This document shows, piece after piece, positions 1 to 7,706 of a DNA stretch of 20,000 bases (positions within the stretch are counted from its first letter, which is position 1; each line of letters opens with the position of its first letter). The DNA comes from an uncultured virus (IMG/VR IMGVR_UViG_3300023184_000097). Its lineage: Duplodnaviria; Heunggongvirae; Uroviricota; Caudoviricetes. The translations under genes were made by a program, and so were the position numbers. The stretch lies in IMG/VR virus record IMGVR_UViG_3300023184_000097; one strand, given 5' to 3'. The notes under the pieces were generated by a model. The model was given only the letters and a program-made list of their open reading frames with translations, did not search any database and was not told the origin of the DNA.

Positions 1-35
1 ACTGCAAGTTTATCCGTATCAGAGAAAGCTACTAG
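1..35 (+). CDS. 3' end of a gene entering from the left (..CKFIRIRESY*), possibly a DUF559/Vsr-like endonuclease C-terminus
   Basis: Frame from nt 3 reads CKFIRIRESY-TAG(33-35). A 'CKFIRIxE' tail resembles the ends of phage PD-(D/E)XK endonucleases. Only 10 codons are visible. Confidence 0.3.
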   Translation, partial: CKFIRIRESY

Positions 36-93
36 AATCTTCTCATGACGTAAACTTTCTTACTCGCCTGGTGTAGGCTGTATATTCGATTCT
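32..93 (-). pseudogene. Displaced, degenerate copy of the last 20 codons of the Dda-like helicase
   Basis: Minus strand reads RIEYTAYT[R, 1-nt gap at ~68]ASKKVYVMRRF*, versus RILYTSYTRASRKLYVLRRF* at 1295-1357. By hand: 15/20 aa and 43/63 nt identical, with many synonymous differences. Confidence 0.88.
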
Positions 94-100
94 ATAGTTA

Positions 101-118
101 GATATATATATATATATA
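101..118 (+). promoter_or_regulatory. GATATATA candidate late promoter, extended into an (AT)8A run
   Basis: GATATATA at 101-108, 20 nt upstream of ATG 129. The same 8-mer recurs upstream of six other starts. Confidence 0.7.
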
Positions 119-128
119 AACTAACAAA

Positions 129-1298
129 ATGGCGAAAAAACATCATCTGATTTATTTAATATTAAATCTAGTAAATAGTAAAATCTATATTGGGTGTCAT
201 TCCACATATAATATTAATGATAACTATATGGGATCAGGTAAATTAATTAAACTAGCTATTAAAAAATACGGAATAGAGAAATTTAAAAAAATTATATTGT
301 ATGATTTTGATAGTAGAAATAAAATGTTAGAAAAAGAAAAAGAACTAGTAAGTAACGAATTTATATTAAATGAAAATGTATATAATATCACTTTAGGTGG
401 TGGTGGAGGGGGAAGCTGTGGAGTTGTCACGGTTAGAAATAAAAAAGGGGATACGTTTCAGACCTCAGTTAATAATCCAGAGTACTTAAGCGGAGAATTA
501 ATATTTATATCAACAGGATATGTTACTGTTAAGGACGGGGAGGGAAAGACCCAACAGGTTTCAACCGATGATCCTAATTATCTTAATGGTGATCTAAAAA
601 GTATACATTGTAACAATGCTGTAGGAAGGGATAAAAATGGAATTATTCGTTATGTTAATAAGGACGAATTCAAAAATGAAAAAATGACAGGTATAATAAA
701 AGGAACAGTATGTGTAAATGATAAAAATGGTAATAACATAAGAATAAAAACCGACGATCCAAGATTAAAAAGTGGTGAGCTAATTCATAAATTTACACAT
801 AAAGTAGTTGTTAAGGATGGAGGCAAAAATTTAATATTGGATCGAAATGATCCTCGATTTATATCCGGTGAATTACAGGGTGTTACTAAGGGAACAATAC
901 CAGTTAAAGATGTTAGCGGTAACGGAATGAGGGTTAAAATAGATGATCCTAGATTGGAATCTGGAGAATTGAGACACGTAAGTAAGGGGATGAAAAGATC
1001 AACGGATGCTAAATTAAAAATGAGCAATGTTCATAAAAATACCATCTGGATAAATAATTGCTTTGATAAAAATAAAAAGGTTAAGGCTGACCAACTAGAA
1101 AAATGGATATGTCAGGGATGGTGTTTGGGAAGAATCGTTGATAAAGATAAGTTAAATATCACTGACGAAAGTCGAAAAGGCATGGGAAATTCATCAAGGG
1201 GTAAAAAATGGATAAATAAATCAAAAAAATCAGTTAGGGTTGATGTGCAAGAAATCGATAAATATATTAGTGACGGATGGAGTTTGGGTAGATTCTAA
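129..1298 (+). CDS. Free-standing GIY-YIG (Seg-like) homing endonuclease with repeated putative DNA-binding modules and a NUMOD3-like motif
   Basis: N-terminal LIY..N..N.KIYIG.H, YMGSG, KYG.E.F, E..YN..GG motifs. Six ~31-aa repeats, NUMOD3-like KGMKRSTDAKLKMS, and two WIN..GW.LGR modules. More AT-rich than neighbours and opposite in orientation to the helicase. Confidence 0.9.
   Translation: MAKKHHLIYLILNLVNSKIYIGCHSTYNINDNYMGSGKLIKLAIKKYGIEKFKKIILYDFDSRNKMLEKEKELVSNEFILNENVYNITLGGGGGGSCGVVTVRNKKGDTFQTSVNNPEYLSGELIFISTGYVTVKDGEGKTQQVSTDDPNYLNGDLKSIHCNNAVGRDKNGIIRYVNKDEFKNEKMTGIIKGTVCVNDKNGNNIRIKTDDPRLKSGELIHKFTHKVVVKDGGKNLILDRNDPRFISGELQGVTKGTIPVKDVSGNGMRVKIDDPRLESGELRHVSKGMKRSTDAKLKMSNVHKNTIWINNCFDKNKKVKADQLEKWICQGWCLGRIVDKDKLNITDESRKGMGNSSRGKKWINKSKKSVRVDVQEIDKYISDGWSLGRF
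420..983 (+). repeat. Six tandem ~30-32 aa protein repeats (GxVxVKDxxG...xDDPRLxSGEL) within the GIY-YIG gene
   Basis: Units start at about aa 98, 130, 162, 192, 224 and 255. The third unit is degenerate. Confidence 0.85.
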
Positions 1299-2740
1299 AA
1301 TCTTCTAAGTACATACAGCTTTCTACTGGCTCTAGTATAGGAGGTATAAAGTATTCTATTTTTTTCAATTATATTAAAATTTTGATTTATGTCATCCTCC
1401 AGAACAAATGTTGTATTGTATGTGCTTCCCTGTGATTTGTGTGCGCTAGTGCAATAAGCATAATTCACATCAGCATACTTTCTAAGAAAGTTGTAGTACA
1501 CTATCCAGCTTTTATCTTTGCCTTTCTTTTCTATAGCTCTAAGCTTTAGAATATTAGCCAGCTTTTTAAAATCCATCTCGCTGTCCTCGTGTAGAATTTG
1601 TATGTTAACCCTTACCGTTTCATCCTCATCATCAAGATAGCTAACAACAGTTTCATAATACTTTAGTGTTATTGGAAATGGTTCGGCATCGGGTTGATCT
1701 GATATGTGATATCTAAGATCATCGCTACCGATAGTAAAACTATCCACACTGAATTCGTCGTTGGTGTTCAGAACTATTGACTCACCTTGAATGATCGGAT
1801 TGTTTGCGATTAGTTTTTCCCCAACCAATATCTTTGATCCTAATGCTTCGTCTCCGTAGATAACTTTACGAATAACATCATTCATGGTTGCAACAGTTTT
1901 ATTTCTCCATGCAATGATCTTTGCATACTCAGAATCTTTTTTAAATTCATCGGTGACAAAATATCGTCTCAGTATTTCTGAGAATCCTTTTCTTGTCTCA
2001 GGAATATTGAGATTAAGAAATTCTATTCCTTCACCTTTCTCATTTAGCTTTGTAACGGGTTCAACTGGATTTTTAGCTCTACCTAATTCAGATCTAATAG
2101 CCACAGATGATTCGATAATAGCATTATCTTTCTTCTGACGCATGATCTGTTTTAGACTAAGAGTTTTAATTCTATAGCCTGCAGCAAGCTCTTCTCTAAA
2201 AGGAATACAATCGGGTTTACCTACAGGGGGAATCTGTGCAGGATCTCCCATGCAGATAATTTTTATCTTGTCTCTGTATTTTAATACTTCTTGAAACAGA
2301 TCATCATTCAGCATCGAAACCTCGTCGATAATAAGTAGCTTTACCGTCTTTATCTTTGGTTGGAAATCCCCTTGATTAACAAATTCCTGTACACCTTCTT
2401 TGGTTATCCTTTCGGTTAGACCAAGCATTTTATGAATGGTTTGAAACGAAACCCTAGGATTTTTCAGCCCGCTGGTTTTTTTAATAACCCTCACTGATTT
2501 ATTGGTTGGTCCTGTAACTGCTATTCTATACCAATTATGTGTCGGGTGTATCACCTCGAGCACATATCTGACAAGCACACTCACACAATAGGTCTTTCCT
2601 GTTCCTGCCCAACCTTTTAGCACATAGACGCTATCATCTCCCTTATCACAAACGAAATCCCTTAAATCTTCAAAAGCTGTCTTCTGATCCGTGTTAAGAG
2701 ATTCTAAATCTATTATTGGTTTTTTTTTAACTTTACTCAT
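1295..2740 (-). CDS. dda: Dda/RecD-like SF1B DNA helicase
   Basis: Walker A GWAGTGKT, PTNKS, TIHKML, Walker B IIDE, GDPAQIPP, MRQ, HKSQGSTY, YTSYTRA. Start placed at 2740 (ATGA overlap with upstream stop); the ORF track gives 2746. Confidence 0.9.
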   Translation of the reverse strand: MSKVKKKPIIDLESLNTDQKTAFEDLRDFVCDKGDDSVYVLKGWAGTGKTYCVSVLVRYVLEVIHPTHNWYRIAVTGPTNKSVRVIKKTSGLKNPRVSFQTIHKMLGLTERITKEGVQEFVNQGDFQPKIKTVKLLIIDEVSMLNDDLFQEVLKYRDKIKIICMGDPAQIPPVGKPDCIPFREELAAGYRIKTLSLKQIMRQKKDNAIIESSVAIRSELGRAKNPVEPVTKLNEKGEGIEFLNLNIPETRKGFSEILRRYFVTDEFKKDSEYAKIIAWRNKTVATMNDVIRKVIYGDEALGSKILVGEKLIANNPIIQGESIVLNTNDEFSVDSFTIGSDDLRYHISDQPDAEPFPITLKYYETVVSYLDDEDETVRVNIQILHEDSEMDFKKLANILKLRAIEKKGKDKSWIVYYNFLRKYADVNYAYCTSAHKSQGSTYNTTFVLEDDINQNFNIIEKNRILYTSYTRASRKLYVLRRF

Positions 2741-3339
2741 GGGCAATATAAAATCGTCGGATTATCCCGGTGAACATCTATTTCCGGGTATTGTGTTTTA
2801 AATTTATCCAAATTGAATGGTCTGGTTATGATATGAACACCTCCTTTGGTGGGTATAATGTTCATGATCGGTTCCTTTCCAGTGTCAACCTGAAGATCAT
2901 ATACTAGTTGTCTAATTTTCTTTTGTTCCCCAGAATGATTGAAAGTGTCGATAGAAATATTATCTATATCAACTATCCAAGTCTTATCAGGATCTGAATT
3001 AAATTCACCCGCACAGGACGCAAAGGCGTTCTTAACTGCACGATAATTTTCAGACATAATATGATCTACCGTTCTCTTTAAAACTTGCATAGCGACCTTC
3101 TTAGAGTCCCTACGATTAAGTCTAAAGTATGCTCTGGCATTCTCTGTGTCGCATTGATGTATAATTCTCTGCCTTAATCCATCGAACTGTTCCAGACTAT
3201 AGATATAGTAGTCCGCAATATGGATCATATCCTTCCCTAGATCAGGATTGTCCTTTCTTCTTTTAAGTATTTGAAGAAAGTAGAAAGCGTTCTCGTCAGG
3301 GAAGCTTAACATTTTTCTTATGAGGTCAAAATTGTTCAT
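2737..3339 (-). CDS. Conserved phage protein with AEP/prim-pol-like motifs
   Basis: WIVDID (hhhDhD) and PTKGGVH (sxH) resemble AEP motifs I/II; directly upstream of the helicase. Start placed at MNNFDL (3339). Confidence 0.55.
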   Translation of the reverse strand: MNNFDLIRKMLSFPDENAFYFLQILKRRKDNPDLGKDMIHIADYYIYSLEQFDGLRQRIIHQCDTENARAYFRLNRRDSKKVAMQVLKRTVDHIMSENYRAVKNAFASCAGEFNSDPDKTWIVDIDNISIDTFNHSGEQKKIRQLVYDLQVDTGKEPIMNIIPTKGGVHIITRPFNLDKFKTQYPEIDVHRDNPTILYCP

Positions 3340-3343
3340 CTTC

Positions 3344-3574
3344 TTATTTAGTCTCCACTTTGCCATAAGTTTCTATCCAAACTTTGGCACCACATGAGAG
3401 CGGTTTATCTTTTGAGTAGATTATCCTAGCAGCCGGGAGTCCATCCTGTCCATATATCGTGACTTCGTTTGCATAAGTGTTTGTCTTATATGTCTTGCAT
3501 GTGATAACAGGTTTATTTTCACCCTTAGCATTGACCTTGATGTTGTGTTGGTTTACGTGGATTATAGTTTTCAT
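3344..3574 (-). CDS. Conserved small phage hypothetical protein
   Basis: IHVNQH..PVITCKTYK..DKPLSCGAKVWIET pattern, which I recall from many phage genomes; tightly packed in the operon. Confidence 0.75.
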   Translation of the reverse strand: MKTIIHVNQHNIKVNAKGENKPVITCKTYKTNTYANEVTIYGQDGLPAARIIYSKDKPLSCGAKVWIETYGKVETK

Positions 3575-3822
3575 ATCAGTCTTGCTTTATTAAGAGATTC
3601 GTACCATTGATTAAATTTAGTTAATGCTTCTTTTTTAGCATTTTTTCCGCCGATACAATTTTCATAATAGTATGGGGATTTTGTTTCACCGTCAGCATGC
3701 CTAAGCCCGCTCCTTATACAGCAGTATCCATGACCTGAAGATACCTCGAACCAGTCAATCATTGTCATGTCTCCGAATTTGAATTCAGGTCTTAATTTAG
3801 TTATCTGGGTTAGTGTTTTCAT
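3571..3822 (-). CDS. Hypothetical protein
   Basis: 83-aa ORF with ATGA overlap to the next gene. Confidence 0.65.
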   Translation of the reverse strand: MKTLTQITKLRPEFKFGDMTMIDWFEVSSGHGYCCIRSGLRHADGETKSPYYYENCIGGKNAKKEALTKFNQWYESLNKARLI

Positions 3823-3907
3823 TCTCTTAAGATTTTAAACTATTCATTGCTATCAAAAGTTCCCCGGCTTTTTTCTCTGTATACAATTTATTTTCATCTT
3901 TCTCTTT

Positions 3908-4137
3908 TTAATTTTTCCTTCCTTTGTTAATACTTAGCAATTCTACATTATACTCAAAATTCCCAATCATGGCAACTTTTTTTAAATCTTCCCCTTGGAT
4001 ATCATACCAACCATCGGAAAGAGGATCAGTTCCGGGTTTAACTGCATTTATTTTCCGGATGGTATTTCCTTGCCAAAATAAATTGACATTGGCTCAAGCC
4101 ATTGCTCATTTCTAGAGTCCCATATTTTTATGTTCAT
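3908..4137 (-). pseudogene. Frameshifted YopX-like gene
   Basis: MNIKIWDSRNEQWLEPMSIYFGKE.. stops at 4048. A shifted frame continues NTIRKINAVKPG..VAMIGNFEYNVELL..TAA(3908), matching YopX termini (..WD..W; IGNIYENPELL). The span is 230 nt, 1 nt short of in-frame. Confidence 0.6.
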
Positions 4138-4157
4138 AATACATAGCTTCTTTGAAG

Positions 4158-4189
4158 CAAAAGTAATATCTGGCTACGGATAAAAAAAA
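4158..4189 (-). promoter_or_regulatory. Bacteroidota-type sigma promoter (-7 TAnnTTTG) with an upstream T-rich/ATCC element
   Basis: Minus strand TTTTTTTTATCC-N12-TACTTTTG (box at 4158-4165), 20 nt upstream of ATG 4137 and immediately after a terminator. Confidence 0.6.
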
Positions 4190-4197
4190 TGTTTTCC

Positions 4198-4227
4198 AAA
4201 AAAAATCCAGACTGCTGCCTGGATTTT
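4198..4227 (-). terminator. Intrinsic terminator ending the 7379->4249 operon
   Basis: Minus strand AAAATCCAGGC-AGCA-GTCTGGATTTTTTTT, 21 nt after the stop at 4249. Confidence 0.8.
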
Positions 4228-4248
4228 AATTATGTTAAAATTTATTTC

Positions 4249-4500
4249 TTAGAATTCTCTAAGTCTGGTAATTGTATTCTCACTTAGTTTTTGATTTGGC
4301 TGCATAACAGGCGAGTTCTGAAGCCATTTAGAAATACCTAGAGTTTTAACTGCTGCCCTCTCATGATAAGCCTTTTGTGGAAATGCTCCACAGGTTGGAC
4401 ATTCTTTTTCCTGGTCCTCTATGCTTTTTCCGCATCCTTTGCAAAAGTCCTGCCTTTTTCTCTCTGCTATAAAGCTTGTTATCGGTTTAAGTTGTTTCAT
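4249..4500 (-). CDS. Small zinc-ribbon protein with CTS-like N-terminus
   Basis: CKGC..CPTC; N-terminus MKQLKPITSFIAE. Confidence 0.7.
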   Translation of the reverse strand: MKQLKPITSFIAERKRQDFCKGCGKSIEDQEKECPTCGAFPQKAYHERAAVKTLGISKWLQNSPVMQPNQKLSENTITRLREF

Positions 4501-4501
4501 A

Positions 4502-5803
4502 TTATACGTATCTTAATGCTCTAGAAACATTGATCAATCTCTTAGTTAATCCGTCAATATCTTCGATTCTAGTTGCCATATCAACATATTGAGACATTCT
4601 ATCGTTTCCTGTGATTAGACTCTTAACTGACATTGAACCTTCTTTTAAAAGGTACTTAATTAGAATTGCCTTAGCATTCTCATGTACTGCTGTCGTGTCA
4701 TGTTCTTTATCAAAGAAAACAGTTTGACTTACTTCCGCAGCTGCATCGTGAAAATAGTTTGCAAGAAGATCGTTAAGCTCTTCCATCGTCTCTTTATCTT
4801 CTGCTGATGCTCTCCATCCAGGTATAACCAATTTCTCGTTTATTGATTTACCCTTTGCTCTTTTAAAAGTTCTTTTTGCGATAGCAATAAAAATCGCGTT
4901 GAACATTTCAATGTCCTCTAATCTACATCTTAAAGTGTTTTCTCCGGTTCTAAAGTTAACTGAGTTGATTGGCATTCTTTGTGTGTTAGTAACTGTCCAA
5001 GTTTCGTAGTCAGTTTTCTGAATCATTTGTCCGTGTGCATCTCCACCTACTAGATCTTTAATTAGATCTCCATAAAGTTCTTTAGCTCTTTCTAATGCTC
5101 TTAGATAGAAGTAGTATTTAACTTTACCACCTTTAGAAATATCCCTTACCAGGTTAACTGCTTTACTATTACTAGAATATCTTTCAATCTTTCCTATGAA
5201 ATCAAGCTCGATTAGCCTTTGCATTGTTGCCAATTGAAGTAGTTCGGTGTTATTAGGATGAGCTAATTGATCTCCTCCCATCATAGGTTTAAGTCTTTCT
5301 CTAATTTGATCAAGAGTAAGTTCTTCACCTGCTGGGTACATTTTATCAAAATCTACCTTCTCGTTAACGTCTCTCTTGCTTATAAGTGAAGCAGGGATAC
5401 CGTTCTTAACTATTCTAAGCCAGATGTGTCTGAAAAGTTCTTGTGGTGTATCGAAACTAGCAAATCCGTATGTTTCTAATCCTGGTTTACTTGAGTAGTG
5501 TTCACAACAGTAATTTCCATCCTCGTTAACCCACATAGCAGTTTTAGGCATTGAGCTTCCTCTGATCTCCAATCTGATCTTTTGACCATCTAATCTCTGA
5601 ACGGTTACATATAACCCTCTTTTAAGATCTCTTGCAGATGGAAGGTCTCCGTCGAAAGCATCTATTAATTCTCTTCCTGGAGGATTAAGCCAGCTTCTAC
5701 TCCAATAGGCTTCACCTATAAATTCTTCTTGATCCGAATTTTTTATAGATTCTTCTTTCCCCGAATTTTTAATAAATTCTTCGTAATTTGAAACTTTTTC
5801 CAT
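4502..5803 (-). CDS. Hypothetical protein, putative virion/internal head protein
   Basis: 433 aa; N-terminal YEEFIK..EEFIGE-A propeptide-like segment; in a GATATATA-headed operon. Confidence 0.75.
   Translation of the reverse strand: MEKVSNYEEFIKNSGKEESIKNSDQEEFIGEAYWSRSWLNPPGRELIDAFDGDLPSARDLKRGLYVTVQRLDGQKIRLEIRGSSMPKTAMWVNEDGNYCCEHYSSKPGLETYGFASFDTPQELFRHIWLRIVKNGIPASLISKRDVNEKVDFDKMYPAGEELTLDQIRERLKPMMGGDQLAHPNNTELLQLATMQRLIELDFIGKIERYSSNSKAVNLVRDISKGGKVKYYFYLRALERAKELYGDLIKDLVGGDAHGQMIQKTDYETWTVTNTQRMPINSVNFRTGENTLRCRLEDIEMFNAIFIAIAKRTFKRAKGKSINEKLVIPGWRASAEDKETMEELNDLLANYFHDAAAEVSQTVFFDKEHDTTAVHENAKAILIKYLLKEGSMSVKSLITGNDRMSQYVDMATRIEDIDGLTKRLINVSRALRYV
5718..5782 (-). repeat. 27-nt tandem repeat (~2.4 copies) encoding EEFIKNSGK/EESIKNSDQ/EEFI
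   Basis: ataaattcttcttgatccgaatttttt / atagattcttctttccccgaattttta / ataaattcttc. Confidence 0.8.
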
Positions 5804-5804
5804 A

Positions 5805-7379
5805 TTATAATTTAGATTTAATTCTTTTAGCTATGTTTTGCTCTTCTTTAACCACATTTTTCATGATTTCAACCTGAGCGGGTTTTAGAGGAAGGCTTCC
5901 TTCTGAATTAAGTTCTAAAACGTACTTAATCTCTTCGATACCTTTTTCTGTTGCTTTTAATATATCTTCGATGTCGGCTTTAGTGTAATCGTCTCCGATA
6001 AGTCTATCGAATACATTTAATGTTGCCTCACTGAAAATACCATATTGTTTGAATTCGTTCATGAAATCGCTCTTCTTAAGATCTTTTTTAACCTCAAAAA
6101 TGATTTGAGCAACCAATCCGGAGATCTTCTCCCAGTCTTCCTGTGGCATAGCACCAGATAAGAAACCTTTCGATGTCGTTATAAGAGATTCTATAATGTT
6201 TCTAATAGTAAGACCAACCCCTTCTTTATAGTATCTTTCAAGAGCGATTTTAATATCGCACTCCATTTTGAACTTAGCCATTACGGTGTCGATTAGATCC
6301 TTAGGGTAATCAAGTCCTTCTAAAGCATCTTTTAGCGTTCTGTACTGTTTACCGTTCTTATCTCTTAGTCTACTATTAGGCCTGGTAGCATCAGTGTGGA
6401 TTGATCCGTCAGGATTAACAGTTATTCCTACTAAACTGTGGATATCGGTAATAGGAACGTTTGAATTGATGATGTTGATCTGTATTCTTCCACCACCATA
6501 TGACCAGAATGTTGAATCTGTTCTAATACACCAGTTGGTATCTGCACATATTGCTCTTTGAGCTTCTGGTGTTCTAGCTGATTCCACTATGTAACCGTCC
6601 TTAGCATAAAGAATTCCTGCCATTGGACCAAGATCTTTAAGCTTCTTAAGTAATCCGGACTCGTCTTGACTCCAACCTTCAGCGAATTCTAATGAGTCTC
6701 TAATAAGATCCGCAAAAGCAACCTTTTCGTCTCTGTACTCTGGATAAGTGGTAGTGTCATCATATTTCTTAAGCGTCCAGCAGAAAGCTTCAAATGCGCT
6801 TGACTCTTTTTTATCACCTCTTGGACTTTCTAAAACTTTCTTCTTTTTAATAAGTTCAAGCTGATTTGCAATTTCAGTAAGCTCCTTGATTTGCTTGTCC
6901 GTTGCCTTAGAGAAAGATTTTTTCATTCTAGGAGTTAACTCAGCATATAGTTTTTTAAGCTTTCTTTTTCTTTCGATATTTCTAAGATCATCACCCAAAA
7001 CCTCATATCCTGGACGGATATCATCTTCTGTGGGCTCAACTTTAGCGTAATCGTTAATGTTCATAGACAAATCCTGTCCTAAGGTTTGCTTATATTTCAT
7101 TAGATTGTCAAAAATCTCTTTTAACTCTTCCATGTGAGCTTTTTGATCAAATCTGAATTTTGCGAACATTGGGGTGTAACCCGGAGATTTCTCGGTTAGA
7201 TCCTTAACCTCTTTAAATTTTGGATCTTCTAGGATCTTTTTTCTTGTTTCGTCATCTATTTCGGATGTTTTAATCTTATTTTTCAGGGCATATCTCTTCA
7301 AAAGATAATCCTTAGCAGCTTGGACATTTTCCATCAGAGCTTGTTTCTCTGTAAATGTTGGGAAACTATATTTCATCAT
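5805..7379 (-). CDS. Hypothetical protein with TxWC motif (possibly PcfJ-like), putative virion protein
   Basis: 524 aa; AICADTNWCIR motif; N-terminal ..ALME-N; GATATATA upstream. Confidence 0.7.
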   Translation of the reverse strand: MMKYSFPTFTEKQALMENVQAAKDYLLKRYALKNKIKTSEIDDETRKKILEDPKFKEVKDLTEKSPGYTPMFAKFRFDQKAHMEELKEIFDNLMKYKQTLGQDLSMNINDYAKVEPTEDDIRPGYEVLGDDLRNIERKRKLKKLYAELTPRMKKSFSKATDKQIKELTEIANQLELIKKKKVLESPRGDKKESSAFEAFCWTLKKYDDTTTYPEYRDEKVAFADLIRDSLEFAEGWSQDESGLLKKLKDLGPMAGILYAKDGYIVESARTPEAQRAICADTNWCIRTDSTFWSYGGGRIQINIINSNVPITDIHSLVGITVNPDGSIHTDATRPNSRLRDKNGKQYRTLKDALEGLDYPKDLIDTVMAKFKMECDIKIALERYYKEGVGLTIRNIIESLITTSKGFLSGAMPQEDWEKISGLVAQIIFEVKKDLKKSDFMNEFKQYGIFSEATLNVFDRLIGDDYTKADIEDILKATEKGIEEIKYVLELNSEGSLPLKPAQVEIMKNVVKEEQNIAKRIKSKL

Positions 7380-7412
7380 AAGATATAATTTTATATTTTT
7401 TTTTTATATGAA

Positions 7413-7422
7413 GATATATATC
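7413..7422. promoter_or_regulatory. Palindromic GATATATATC, candidate bidirectional late promoter
   Basis: Perfect 10-bp palindrome containing GATATATA on both strands, between divergent starts at 7379 (-) and 7440 (+). Confidence 0.75.
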
Positions 7423-7439
7423 TAAATTAAAAAACAACT

Positions 7440-7706
7440 ATGAAAGTTTTTACCAAAATAGAAGAGTTTTTGGCAACTAAGCCACAAACAGCTCCTAGCC
7501 AGCCAACTACAAAGCCAAGTACTGCTCCAAGTACCAAGCCAACTCCTTCAAGACCAAGCCCAATCAGAAGGGACAAACCATCTGTTAAGCCAGGTACTAA
7601 AGCTAAAGCAGCTGACGTTGTTGATAGATTTATGAGGGAACTTAAGAAGGCTAACGCCCCTATAAAATTTAACATTTCAAAATTAAAACAAAAATATGAA
7701 TTTTAA
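7440..7706 (+). CDS. Small Pro/Thr/Lys-rich protein
   Basis: 88 aa with PxTx tetrapeptide repeats; overlaps the next gene by 11 nt. Confidence 0.75.
   Translation: MKVFTKIEEFLATKPQTAPSQPTTKPSTAPSTKPTPSRPSPIRRDKPSVKPGTKAKAADVVDRFMRELKKANAPIKFNISKLKQKYEF

Noticed and set aside
2..75. + frame LQVYPYQRKLLESSHDVNFLTRLV resembling a terminase YPYQ motif
   Set aside because: It stops at 75, and most of it is the antisense of the helicase remnant.
1430..1465. Helicase YCTSAHKSQG deviating from YAxTxHKSQG as part of the recoded region
   Set aside because: There is no second copy of this segment in the window to compare, so it cannot be tied to the endonuclease cassette.
7480..7600. Short direct repeats as a CRISPR or other non-coding array
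   Set aside because: They are 12-nt in-frame units encoding PxTx peptides, with no spacers. No CRISPR array was seen anywhere in the window.
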